Positions 39,943 to 49,286 of a stretch of DNA of 64,000 nucleotides are shown piece by piece. Numbering within the stretch: the first letter of the stretch is position 1; each line of letters starts with the position of its first letter. The notes under the pieces are model-generated. The model worked only from the letters and a program-made list of their open reading frames with translations. It searched no databases and had not been told where the DNA came from. The position numbers and the translations under genes were made by a program. This DNA comes from Candidatus Blackallbacteria bacterium (lineage in GTDB: Bacteria > Cyanobacteriota > Sericytochromatia > UBA7694): contig JBPXJQ010000004.1 in assembly GCA_051715345.1 (NCBI GenBank), positions 25,019 through 89,018 on the forward strand, given 5' to 3'.

Positions 39943-40761
39943 CTAAAGCAAACTGGTGATGCGCGCCCGCAGACGGTACATGGCCTCTTGAACCTCGTCT
40001 TCGCTCTTCATCAAAGGGGCAATCCGGTCCATCAATTTATCTGCCACAGCCAATAATTGATTAAAGCCAAATTTTTGAAAGCGATCAAAGCCCAATTCAA
40101 GCAGGGACTCTTCCAACATTTGATGGCTCGATTCAATCCCTACAAATTCCATCACAATGCTCTCCAGAGAATCGATGGGCGTGAGGCTGACAGTGGTACG
40201 CAAATCTTCACCCGAAACCCCCACCAAAAAGGCCTTGTGTTTGACCATCTCGTTCATAAATTGCAGGGCATCCCACTGATTAAACGGACACATTTCAAAG
40301 AAACGCGCGACCGTAAACGAACGCGGCAATTGTTTGGTAAAATCGGGCAAGCGCCCTTCAGAAGCCATTTGTAAAGCTTTATCTGAAAAACGCAAACCAC
40401 TGGTCAAGTGAGGTAATTTTTCACGCAATTTGGCAAATTCATCCATATAGCGGGCACTTTCCATCAATACCGCATCGAGAGAGACGTTGATATTTGGAAT
40501 GGGCAATTCTGCAGTTGTCAGCCCAGTCATCTGAAAATGCCCTGAAGCCCACCAGCCTATCAAGCGGTAAAGGGCATCTACGCCCAATAAATGATTTAAG
40601 CGACCGTGAGTGATGGTCCCTTTATCAAAATAGACAAAGGCCTCTTGGGCCACTTCTTTGACCTCCACGCGAAAGAGACAGTTCTTTTGCTCCAGCTTAA
40701 TAAACTGTAATAAATTAAACAGTGAAATCGAGGCCAATTCGCCCTCAAGCAAAACTGTCAT
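39943..40761 (-). CDS. DUF4388-like domain protein
   Basis: The N-terminal GELASISLFNLLQFI…G…H…G…ALYRLIGW…G.F pattern is reminiscent of DUF4388. Not searched. Confidence 0.5.
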   Translation of the reverse strand: MTVLLEGELASISLFNLLQFIKLEQKNCLFRVEVKEVAQEAFVYFDKGTITHGRLNHLLGVDALYRLIGWWASGHFQMTGLTTAELPIPNINVSLDAVLMESARYMDEFAKLREKLPHLTSGLRFSDKALQMASEGRLPDFTKQLPRSFTVARFFEMCPFNQWDALQFMNEMVKHKAFLVGVSGEDLRTTVSLTPIDSLESIVMEFVGIESSHQMLEESLLELGFDRFQKFGFNQLLAVADKLMDRIAPLMKSEDEVQEAMYRLRARITSLL

Positions 40762-40926
40762 AATTTAGTGTCCCAACACGCAAACATCTACAAAGGTGAG
40801 AGAAACGGAGGTCATGGTTGAACTAATTTCATCTTGGCTTGGCTTAATATGCCCATGTATAAATTACCCATGGTCTCATTGTTACATGCAATTTAGCTGA
40901 AAAAAAGTACGGATTTACTTTTTGTA

Positions 40927-43587
40927 TCACAGCTTGGTAACTCTTTCTTGTAAAGTTTGCACTTGAAACTGCAAATTGGCCAATTGGGCCTCGACTTCTG
41001 CCACCACGTCTTGGGGAGCACGGCTGCGGAAATTGGGATTTTCAAGCCGGGATTGCAACCCCTTCATTTCTTTTTCGAGTTTGAGAATTTCTTTGTTTAA
41101 GCGCTCACGCTCTTTGTCGAGGTCAATCAGGCCCGCCAAAGGCAAAATCACCTGAATACCCAAACTGACCCCATGGGCAGCTTGGTCGATCTCGGCCTGT
41201 TCCGCTTGCACGTTCACCCCCGAGACCTTGCCCATACGGCCGATCATGCCCAGATTTTGGCTCAGCAAATCACGGCTGGAATCAGATTCGCTGACCAGAA
41301 AGACAGTTTCAGCCTCTTTATTGGCGGGAACACCAACTTCCATGCGCAGATTGCGAATCACACGAATGGTCTCCATCAGCAGAGCCATTTCACTTTCTGC
41401 TTGGGGATCAGCACCAGGGAGGCACTCAACACTGGGCCAGGGAGCGATAATCAGATGTTCGCCCTGCATTTGGGGGCAGATCGGTTTAAGACCTTCGCTC
41501 CAGAGTTCTTCGCTGACAAAAGGCATAAACGGATGCGCCATGCGCAAAATAGAGTCCAGACAGAGTACGAGAATGGCTTGAACCTGTTTGCGATCATCCC
41601 CCTGCAGACGGGGCTTGCAGATTTCCAGGTACCAATCGCAAAACTCAGTCCAGACAAAGCTATACAGATCTTTGGTGGCCTGGGTCAAATTGTGATTACC
41701 AAGGCTATCTGTGACTGAAGCCAAGGTACTGCGCAAACGGCTGAGAATCCAACGATCAGCCAGCTCCAAACGGTTGTGGTCCAGGCTGTAATGGGGATCA
41801 AAATCTTCCAAATTCATCAAAGCAAAACGGCAGGCGTTCCAAATCTTGGTGACAAAATGCTGCCCATTTTCGAGCTTTTCATCGCTAAAACGCACGTCTT
41901 GGCCACTCATCGCCGCTTCGGCCAGCCAGAAACGGCAGGCATCAGCCCCATATTTGTCGAGCATTTCCAAGGGGTTTAAGCCCGTGCCTTTGGATTTGCT
42001 CATGCGTTTACCGTCTTTGGTCAAGATGGTAGCGTGTACCAACACGTCTTGAAAGGGAATTTCCCCCAAAAAGTGCAGTGAGCTAAAAATCATGCGGGCC
42101 ACCCAAAGATAGAGGATCTCGCGGGCGGTAGAGAGAACCGCAGTGGGGTGAAATTGTTTTAATTCGGGAGTCTCGTCGGGCCAACCAAGGGTGGCAAAGG
42201 TCCACAGGGCCGAACTAAACCAAGTGTCGAGCACATCTTCGTCGCGGGTCCACCCTTTGGCACTGAGATCTTGATCTGAGGGGTCTTCCATGCCTACATA
42301 GGCAATTTGACCCTCGGAATCATACCAAACGGGGATTTGGTGTCCCCACCAAAGTTGACGTGAGATGCACCAATCACGAATATTTTCAAGCCACTCGACC
42401 GTAATTCGCGACCAGCGCTCAGGGGTATAACGCACCTTGCCAGACTGAATCGCTTCAATCGCAGGGGCTGCCAGGGGTTTCATATTTACCCACCACTGCA
42501 CCAGGGGCAGGGGTTCAATAATCGCGCCACTGCGCTCGGAGCGACTGGGCATATACACATGGGCCTCTACTTTTTCGAGCAGTCCGGCCTCTTCGAGATC
42601 AGCCACAACGGCTTTGCGGGCCTCTTCGCGGGTCAATCCCTGGTATTTTTCGGGGGCGTTTTCATTCATACAGGCATCTTGGCCAATGACTTGTAAAAGG
42701 CCCAAATTGTGGCGTTGGCCGCATTCCCAATCGTTAAAATCATGGGCAGGAGTGATTTTGACCGCGCCAGATCCGAACTCACGCTCGACCATTTCGTCAG
42801 CCAGAATTGGGATTTGGCGCATGGTGAGGGGCAGGTTTAAGCTCTGCCCCAGCAACGCGGTATAGCGCTCATCTTTGGGATTGACGGCCACAGCCAAATC
42901 ACCCAGCAGGGTTTCGGGGCGGGTGGTGGCGACCACCACATATTGGCTGGGATCTTGGCTGAGTGGGTAGCGAATATGGTAGAGTTGGCCGTTTTCTTCT
43001 TTTTGTTCGATTTCGAGATCACTGAGGACGGTTTGGCCGACGGGATCCCAGTTGACCAGGCGCTCGCCCCTGTAAATCAGGCCTTTTTGGTACCATTCCA
43101 CAAAGACCTTGCGAATCGCACGGGAATAGTCGGCGTCCATCGTAAACCGGGCCCGGTCAAAATCACCAGAAGCCCCCAAGCGCCGCATTTGGTTAATAAT
43201 CGCGTTGCCGTTTTCCTCTTTCCAGGCCCAGACATGTTTGAGAAATTCTTCGCGGCCCAGATCGTGGCGGGTTTTGTTTAATTCTTTTTTGATCTTGCGT
43301 TCGACCATGATTTGGGTGGCAATACCTGCGTGATCCGTACCGAGCATCCAGAGGGTGTTATAACCCATCATGCGGCGGCTGCGAATCAAGACGTCTTGCA
43401 AAGTGGCATTGCAGGCATGGCCCATGTGCAAAACACCTGTCACATTGGGGGGAGGAAAAGCAATTGTATAGGGTTTCTGTTCAGGATTGACCTCGGGATG
43501 GAAATAGCCTTTTTCATCCCAAATCTGGTTCCATTTTGCTTCCACCGCGGCAAAGTCAAAGCGGGTGGGCAGATTTAATCGTGTCAT
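40927..43587 (-). CDS. valS: Valine--tRNA ligase
   Basis: 886 aa. HIGH motif …PPNVTGVLHMGHA… and KMSKS motif …GKRMSKSKGT…. A C-terminal coiled coil is typical of ValRS. Confidence 0.95.
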   Translation of the reverse strand: MTRLNLPTRFDFAAVEAKWNQIWDEKGYFHPEVNPEQKPYTIAFPPPNVTGVLHMGHACNATLQDVLIRSRRMMGYNTLWMLGTDHAGIATQIMVERKIKKELNKTRHDLGREEFLKHVWAWKEENGNAIINQMRRLGASGDFDRARFTMDADYSRAIRKVFVEWYQKGLIYRGERLVNWDPVGQTVLSDLEIEQKEENGQLYHIRYPLSQDPSQYVVVATTRPETLLGDLAVAVNPKDERYTALLGQSLNLPLTMRQIPILADEMVEREFGSGAVKITPAHDFNDWECGQRHNLGLLQVIGQDACMNENAPEKYQGLTREEARKAVVADLEEAGLLEKVEAHVYMPSRSERSGAIIEPLPLVQWWVNMKPLAAPAIEAIQSGKVRYTPERWSRITVEWLENIRDWCISRQLWWGHQIPVWYDSEGQIAYVGMEDPSDQDLSAKGWTRDEDVLDTWFSSALWTFATLGWPDETPELKQFHPTAVLSTAREILYLWVARMIFSSLHFLGEIPFQDVLVHATILTKDGKRMSKSKGTGLNPLEMLDKYGADACRFWLAEAAMSGQDVRFSDEKLENGQHFVTKIWNACRFALMNLEDFDPHYSLDHNRLELADRWILSRLRSTLASVTDSLGNHNLTQATKDLYSFVWTEFCDWYLEICKPRLQGDDRKQVQAILVLCLDSILRMAHPFMPFVSEELWSEGLKPICPQMQGEHLIIAPWPSVECLPGADPQAESEMALLMETIRVIRNLRMEVGVPANKEAETVFLVSESDSSRDLLSQNLGMIGRMGKVSGVNVQAEQAEIDQAAHGVSLGIQVILPLAGLIDLDKERERLNKEILKLEKEMKGLQSRLENPNFRSRAPQDVVAEVEAQLANLQFQVQTLQERVTKL

Positions 43588-43655
43588 AGGGCCTCGTTGC
43601 GTGAGTGAGTTTCAAGAAAGGTAGTATACCATTCGCTCACAGCCAATGAGGGAAG

Positions 43656-43997
43656 CTATTTGACCAAGCGCAGGCAAAGAGGATAGCGGTAGAACTCGCC
43701 TTCATTGGCTTTTAAGGTGGCCTGAATCATGGTTACGAGCCCAAAGATCATGAGCACGGGCAGGATCAAAAAGCCGATCAGGACAAAACAGAGAATCCCT
43801 GCCCCAATGCAATAGAGGGTCATGGAAATCTGAAAATTAAGCGACTCTTTGGCCTGCTCGCGAATAAACGGGGAATCGGTTTTGATCAGCAAAATGGCAA
43901 GTGGTATCAGCAATTGGCCAAAACCGATCAAATAGCCAAACAAAGGGGCCAAGTGGGCAATTGCACTAAAGGTCTTATCTTCTTTGGTAACTTCCAT
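43656..43997 (-). CDS. Small membrane protein (DUF4870-like)
   Basis: 113 aa with 3 TM segments. …PFIREQAKESLNFQISMTL… resembles the DUF4870 pattern. Confidence 0.5.
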   Translation of the reverse strand: MEVTKEDKTFSAIAHLAPLFGYLIGFGQLLIPLAILLIKTDSPFIREQAKESLNFQISMTLYCIGAGILCFVLIGFLILPVLMIFGLVTMIQATLKANEGEFYRYPLCLRLVK

Positions 43998-44080
43998 GGT
44001 GGCCCTGCTTTCGCAAATTTTTGGTTCGGAGTAAAATAGCCAGAATTTAGCCAGAATTTAGATTCGAGGATAGGTGATTA

Positions 44081-45268
44081 TCAAGGCTTTGTCAAGCGCT
44101 TGCCACGATACATCTGGGCTTTAAGGGCCTTGAGCGGGTAAAAGTCCTCGCGCCAAAAAATGCCCTTTTGCGATTGGGTTTTGAGGGCAGAATGCCAAAA
44201 TGTGGCCAAATTGAGTGCCGCTCCCAGAGGGGCTGCCAGACCGATCCAGGGATTTTTGCAGAATTCATATCCTTTAACAAAATAGAGGCCATGTAACAGC
44301 AGCAGAGCCGTTGCATAGCCACTGCTGCGCAGGTCTGGCCAGAGCAATAACGCCAGATAGGGCAAAAGATAAAAAACCCCCACGGTGGCTGTAAAAAGCA
44401 GCAAAAGAAACCAAGAATAGCGAATCCCTGCAAAGGCATTTTTTTCCAAACCTTTAAACAGACCTTTGACCCCCTGATGCCAGCGCAATTGGACCCGCTT
44501 TCGGGCAAAGAGCGCGCTAATTTTGAAGCCTTCGCGTTTGAGCAAACGCCCCAATTGGACGTCATCAATCACTTCTAGGGCCAGGGTTTGGTGACCGCCG
44601 CAGGCCAAATAACTTTCCCGCTTGAAAAGTCCAAAGGCACCAATGCCCGTATAACTGTTTTTGCGCTGGGGATCCGCAAGGCCTGAAAGATCGTAAACCG
44701 AAAAGAACATAATCCCAAAATGGCAGATAAACAGGTTTTCCCAATAGCCGCCGGGGAGAAAATCGGGAAACAAACTGAGTTGATCCACTTTGCGCCCTGC
44801 AGCAAAACGCACAGCCAGCTTTAAGCAGTCAGGAGCCAGAAAAATATCCCCATCCATAAACAAAAGCCACTCACCTGTGGCGGATTGAACCCCTTGCCAG
44901 AGGGCATGGGTTTTTCCCAACCAATCTGCGGGTTTGTCTGTAAGGGTGATGACTTTTAAGCGTTCATCTTGGTTTGCCCAGGTTGTCATCCATTCCCCAG
45001 TGGCATCTTGGGAACGATCATTGACAGCAATGATCTCCAAATGGGGATAGTCTTGGGCCAGGAGTTTTTCCAGACAAGCTGAAATGGCACGGGCCTCATT
45101 GCGAGCGGGCACCACAATTGAAACTTTTGGCCAGTTCTCTGGCTCTGGATAAGCACAAGCCGCAGGTTCCAATTCAAAGCCCGTCTGAAAAGCGGGTTGA
45201 AAGAGACGCCAAATCAAGCCCAACCAGAAGGCGCAGATGACCCAACCCAAAACAAAACTCAGCTCCAT
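44081..45268 (-). CDS. Family 2 glycosyltransferase, membrane-anchored
   Basis: …SIVVPARNEARAISACLEKLLAQDYPHLEIIAVNDRSQDAT… (GT2 DxD-type N-terminus). TM helices at both ends. Confidence 0.8.
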   Translation of the reverse strand: MELSFVLGWVICAFWLGLIWRLFQPAFQTGFELEPAACAYPEPENWPKVSIVVPARNEARAISACLEKLLAQDYPHLEIIAVNDRSQDATGEWMTTWANQDERLKVITLTDKPADWLGKTHALWQGVQSATGEWLLFMDGDIFLAPDCLKLAVRFAAGRKVDQLSLFPDFLPGGYWENLFICHFGIMFFSVYDLSGLADPQRKNSYTGIGAFGLFKRESYLACGGHQTLALEVIDDVQLGRLLKREGFKISALFARKRVQLRWHQGVKGLFKGLEKNAFAGIRYSWFLLLLFTATVGVFYLLPYLALLLWPDLRSSGYATALLLLHGLYFVKGYEFCKNPWIGLAAPLGAALNLATFWHSALKTQSQKGIFWREDFYPLKALKAQMYRGKRLTKP

Positions 45269-45443
45269 CGGCAGTTTCCTTTTTCGTTTAACTGGGTGGG
45301 TGTTTCAAAACCCGGTGACTTCAGTCTGCCACTGTCGCAGTTCAATCGCAATACAGGTCCGAAGAGTCAGATCATGCTTGGCGATCCGGGGCAATTGGAG
45401 TTAGTATGCAACAGTGTTGGGTGGTCTGAAAAAGGAGAATAGA

Positions 45444-46223
45444 ATGCGTTTAAAATTGGGCTTGTTTCTCATGTGTTTGCTGCTCTGCGGTTGCCCCCCT
45501 ACCGAAGAGAACACCCAAGCCTCCTCCTCTCCTGGGCCGAGTAGCTCAGCCACAACAACAACGGGGAGCAAAGACCCAACCGCTTCTGTCAAACCCACCA
45601 AACTTACAGCTTCTGGTGCCCCAGATCCCGTTACCGAAGTCGGCATCTTTCAGGGCCTGTTTATGGCCGGAGAGGGCCTGCAATTGTTTAAGGCCTGTGG
45701 CAGTAAAGAAGAAATCTGGGTTGAAGATCCCAACGGAGAATTACTCAAGCGCCACGCAGCGCTCAAAGGCCTGATCGATCTCGAACCTGTCTATGTTGAA
45801 CTCACGGGCTCAGTAGCCCCATTGACCGCGGGAGAGGGCTTTGCCTCTGGCTACCGCAAATCCCTGAGCGTGAAGACGGTCAAGGTGGTACAGCCATGGC
45901 TAAATACCGGCACCTGTTTTAAAAGCGATTTTGTCGCTTTTGGTCACAGCCCCGAATGGACCCTGCGGGTTTTGACCAAAAATGCCGTCTATTTTAAATC
46001 TTTGGAAGGGGAATTCCCGATTGTCGAAAGCCTGCTCTGGCAAGCCCCAGAACAGAACGGAAACCAGTCCAAATACACCTTTCGCTATCGTTCCCCCGAA
46101 ACCGAGGCCATGCAGGTCACTTTGAGCAAAGAGCCCTGCCAAGATGGGACCCAAAATTATGCTTTCAAAGCCACGATTTCTTTTCGGGGCAGCACGTATG
46201 AAGGCTGTGCTCAAGCCCCCTAA
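45444..46223 (+). CDS. Lipoprotein, hypothetical
   Basis: ATG at 45444 after AAAGGAG. MRLKLGLFLMCLLLCGCPP lipobox, then a Ser/Thr linker. Confidence 0.55.
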   Translation: MRLKLGLFLMCLLLCGCPPTEENTQASSSPGPSSSATTTTGSKDPTASVKPTKLTASGAPDPVTEVGIFQGLFMAGEGLQLFKACGSKEEIWVEDPNGELLKRHAALKGLIDLEPVYVELTGSVAPLTAGEGFASGYRKSLSVKTVKVVQPWLNTGTCFKSDFVAFGHSPEWTLRVLTKNAVYFKSLEGEFPIVESLLWQAPEQNGNQSKYTFRYRSPETEAMQVTLSKEPCQDGTQNYAFKATISFRGSTYEGCAQAP

Positions 46224-46241
46224 GCAGCAAAGCCTGACCGC

Positions 46242-46964
46242 TTAAAAACCCGTCAGCCCAAATTGACTCAGTCCCGTTTGGATTTCAGTCAGATTTAACG
46301 GCACGTTTTCCAACCAATAATGCAAAAGTTCACTTTTTTTGCCTGCTTTTTCGCTGCTGCTGAGGGCATGCATCAGAGCCTCTATTTCCACGGGAGTGTA
46401 ATAAACTTCTTGCTTGCGCGCCAACGCTTCGGCATTGAGCAGTGGATAAAGCCATTCACGGTATTGCTTTAAACCCAGTCCATAGCCCCTGAAAATGGCT
46501 TGCAGATCTGTACGGTGTTCGTATTTGCGTAAACTTTCGTACAACCGCAATTGATTGATCACACAGAGGACATTTTGCACCCGATGAACTCCCGCGTTTT
46601 TGCCCAAGTGATAGTCACGGGTATGGGCCAATTCGTGCGCCAAAACAGCTTTAAGTGCCGAAGGGGGAAGAGAAAGCAGCCAAATTCGCGGATTGACTTC
46701 AATCCGATAAATGGGTTGCTCAGAAAACAAACTCAGAGGCTCAAAATTGCTCTGGAAAAAACTGTCACTTTCTGAAAAATTCCCAGTTGTGAGTGTGATG
46801 TCTTTCAGTTCGGGGTAAGCTTCGGCAATGATTTCTCTGAGCAAGGGCAAAAGGTCCGCCTCAGTTTGGGACAAAGCTGCTGAAGGACCTGTTAGCCCCA
46901 CGACCAGACTCAAAAGCAAATTTATACCAACACGAAAAAAACTGATTTTATCTATCTTGACCAT
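46242..46964 (-). CDS. Secreted putative zinc metallopeptidase (HExxH)
   Basis: A signal peptide and the motif …LAHELAHTRDYHLG…. Confidence 0.5.
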   Translation of the reverse strand: MVKIDKISFFRVGINLLLSLVVGLTGPSAALSQTEADLLPLLREIIAEAYPELKDITLTTGNFSESDSFFQSNFEPLSLFSEQPIYRIEVNPRIWLLSLPPSALKAVLAHELAHTRDYHLGKNAGVHRVQNVLCVINQLRLYESLRKYEHRTDLQAIFRGYGLGLKQYREWLYPLLNAEALARKQEVYYTPVEIEALMHALSSSEKAGKKSELLHYWLENVPLNLTEIQTGLSQFGLTGF

Positions 46965-47077
46965 TATTTATCCTTGTCTTTGATTTAATTTAATATTTCT
47001 CTTGCAAGTTTGCAATCCCAAACAGGGATAAGACTTGTATCAAAAGCCTGAAGATCAGGCCCTGGAGAGTAGAGAGT

Positions 47078-48085
47078 ATGCGTTCATCCATTTGGCCCCG
47101 TATCAGTTCAGTTCTTTTGGCAAGCAGCCTAATTTTGAGTGCCTGTGGCACGGACTCTGAGGAATTGCCAAGCGCGCCCCTGACGCCATCAGCAGCTTTA
47201 ACCTCAGCCAACAATTCCCAAACCGAGCAGATTTTGGCAAGTTTGCCCAAAATCATGGCCGGCATTGACGATATCAAGGCCCGTATTGTGGCCCTCGAAG
47301 TTCAACCCGTGGCTGCGACAACACAACCCACTGCTCCTGCGGTGACATCTGCCGCTTCCGGCACCAAACCCACCACCACAACCACCCCTGCCCGCACTCC
47401 CAGCAAGCCTGCAACAACGACCGCTCCCGTTAAAGCCCCCGCCAAACCGGCTGCCCCCAGTGCAGCCGAAAAAGGCCAAGCTGAGTTGATGAAGGTGCTA
47501 AGTACCTTTACCTCTGCGGGTGCAGTCCAATGTACGATTGAAAAAATCGAAAAACACCTGCAAAATGGCAGCACAGTGACCAATAAGCTCAAGCTCTCCA
47601 CGCGCCAACCCAATACCGTTAAAATTGAAGTCTTGCAATCGAGCAAAAGCCCCCCAGGGACAAAAATTCTCTATACCTCTGGGGTAGGCAGCAAAGTCAA
47701 GGTCCGTCCCCAAGGGGCACTGAGTTTTGTTGTCACCGACCTCGACAAAAACGACGAACGCCTGATTTCTGTGAATAAATTCCCACTGGATGACACCGAT
47801 TTCTTTGGCGCCACCAAACGCCTGTCATCTGGATACAAAGCCACATTGCTTGGCACAGCCACCGTGGCTGGCAATAAAGTAAACATTCTCAAGGTAGTGC
47901 CCACTGGCACCCACAGCTTAAATGCCCAGATTGCCTATGAACATATTGGCTATGATCCCCAGACCTATGCCATTCGCATGATGGAGATGTATGATAAAAG
48001 TGGTGGCAAAGAGCCCTTTTTCCGAATTGTGCTGCCCAGCATTGAGTACCTCGACTCTTTGCCAGAAAGTACCTTCAAGCTTTAG
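47078..48085 (+). CDS. Lipoprotein with a PT-rich linker and a conserved C-terminal domain (paralogue A)
   Basis: Lipobox LILSAC, then …LPKIMAGIDDIKARIVALE…, a Pro/Thr/Ala linker, and an about 180-aa C-terminal domain (…VKIEVLQSS…YTSGVGSKVKVRP…FPLDDTDFFG…EHIGYDPQTY…). Confidence 0.6.
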   Translation: MRSSIWPRISSVLLASSLILSACGTDSEELPSAPLTPSAALTSANNSQTEQILASLPKIMAGIDDIKARIVALEVQPVAATTQPTAPAVTSAASGTKPTTTTTPARTPSKPATTTAPVKAPAKPAAPSAAEKGQAELMKVLSTFTSAGAVQCTIEKIEKHLQNGSTVTNKLKLSTRQPNTVKIEVLQSSKSPPGTKILYTSGVGSKVKVRPQGALSFVVTDLDKNDERLISVNKFPLDDTDFFGATKRLSSGYKATLLGTATVAGNKVNILKVVPTGTHSLNAQIAYEHIGYDPQTYAIRMMEMYDKSGGKEPFFRIVLPSIEYLDSLPESTFKL

Positions 48086-48200
48086 AATATAAGCAGCTAC
48101 AAATTTTTCTCAAAATTTGAAGCAAGCTTCTTTCACCTTAAACTATAATTAACTAAAGATAACCTATTATTAATAATTCTGGGGAGTAAAAGACGAAGTC

Positions 48201-49220
48201 ATGATGACCCTTCGCCCTGCACTGTTCCGCATTTTGACAGCATCAATGCTCTCTGCCTCGGTACTTTTACCGGGTTGCGGCAGCAAAGAAGATCCCACAG
48301 ACCTTTCACCCGCGTTACAGACTTCGAGCACCATCGATCCCACAACGCAAAAACTATTGGATACCCTGCCCAAAATCATGGAAGGGCTTGAAGATATCAA
48401 AACCAAGATTGATGCTTTGGAATTGCGTGCAGTCGACGACGATCTGCCTGTGCCAACCACCCCCACCAGACCCAGTACCGGGACACCAACAAAGCCCGCA
48501 ACAGGGACCACGACCCCCAAGCCGGTGACGGGCACAACGACTCCCACCAAACCCACGACCACCAAACCGACGACCACAACCCCACCCAAGCTGACCGCCA
48601 AAGAGCGCGGTGCTCAAGAGCTCAAAAAATTGCTCGAGAAAGTTAAATCTGCGCCATTTATTCAGGCCTCGGTTGAAAAAATTGAGAAAAACCTCAAGAC
48701 CGGCAAAGTCACGACCAATAAGTTGACCATGTATACCAAACAGCCCGATATGGTTAAAATTGAAGTTTCTTTCTCATCTTCAGGTGCTTCTGGTGCCAAA
48801 GTGCTTTATAACTCAGGCGTTGGCAGCAAAATCAAAATTCGCCCCGGTGGCAATTTGAGCTTTGTCACCACCGAATTGGATAAAAAAGATGAGCGTGTGG
48901 TTTCCAATAACGGTTATCCCTTGGATGATACCGATTTCTTCGGTGTGGTTCGCCGCATGTCCTCTGGTTATGAGGCTGAACTGATAGGGGCGACCACCTT
49001 AAATGGCAAAAAGATTCAGATTCTTAAATTGACCACCTCCGGCACCAATACCATGGACAGCCGCGTGACCCATGAGCATATTGGTTATGATCCTCAGACT
49101 TATGGGATTGTGCTCTGGGAAATGTACAACGAGGCTGGCAGCAAAGAACCCTACTTCCGCCTGACCTTGCCCACTTTGGAATTCCCCTCCAGTATTGAAG
49201 ATTCCAGATTTAAGGTCTAA
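48201..49220 (+). CDS. Lipoprotein paralogue B of 47078-48085
   Basis: Same architecture and collinear similarity (…LPKIMEGLEDIKTKIDALE…PT-linker…VKIEVSFSS…YNSGVGSKIKIRP…YPLDDTDFFG…EHIGYDPQTY…). Confidence 0.6.
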   Translation: MMTLRPALFRILTASMLSASVLLPGCGSKEDPTDLSPALQTSSTIDPTTQKLLDTLPKIMEGLEDIKTKIDALELRAVDDDLPVPTTPTRPSTGTPTKPATGTTTPKPVTGTTTPTKPTTTKPTTTTPPKLTAKERGAQELKKLLEKVKSAPFIQASVEKIEKNLKTGKVTTNKLTMYTKQPDMVKIEVSFSSSGASGAKVLYNSGVGSKIKIRPGGNLSFVTTELDKKDERVVSNNGYPLDDTDFFGVVRRMSSGYEAELIGATTLNGKKIQILKLTTSGTNTMDSRVTHEHIGYDPQTYGIVLWEMYNEAGSKEPYFRLTLPTLEFPSSIEDSRFKV

Positions 49221-49286
49221 AACAGAGACCCCAACAACGGCCCGGAATGACTTCCGGGCCGTTTACTTTTGGCCTCTTTCTCAAGC

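Noticed and set aside
40860-40926. Possible A/T-only hairpin (AAAAAGTA…TACTTTTT) downstream of valS on the minus strand
   Set aside because: The stem is entirely A/T and weak. It is not convincing as an intrinsic terminator.
41173-41718. 181-aa plus-strand ORF inside valS (also 41228-41581 and others)
   Set aside because: It is antisense to an unambiguous valS reading frame (HIGH and KMSKS motifs).
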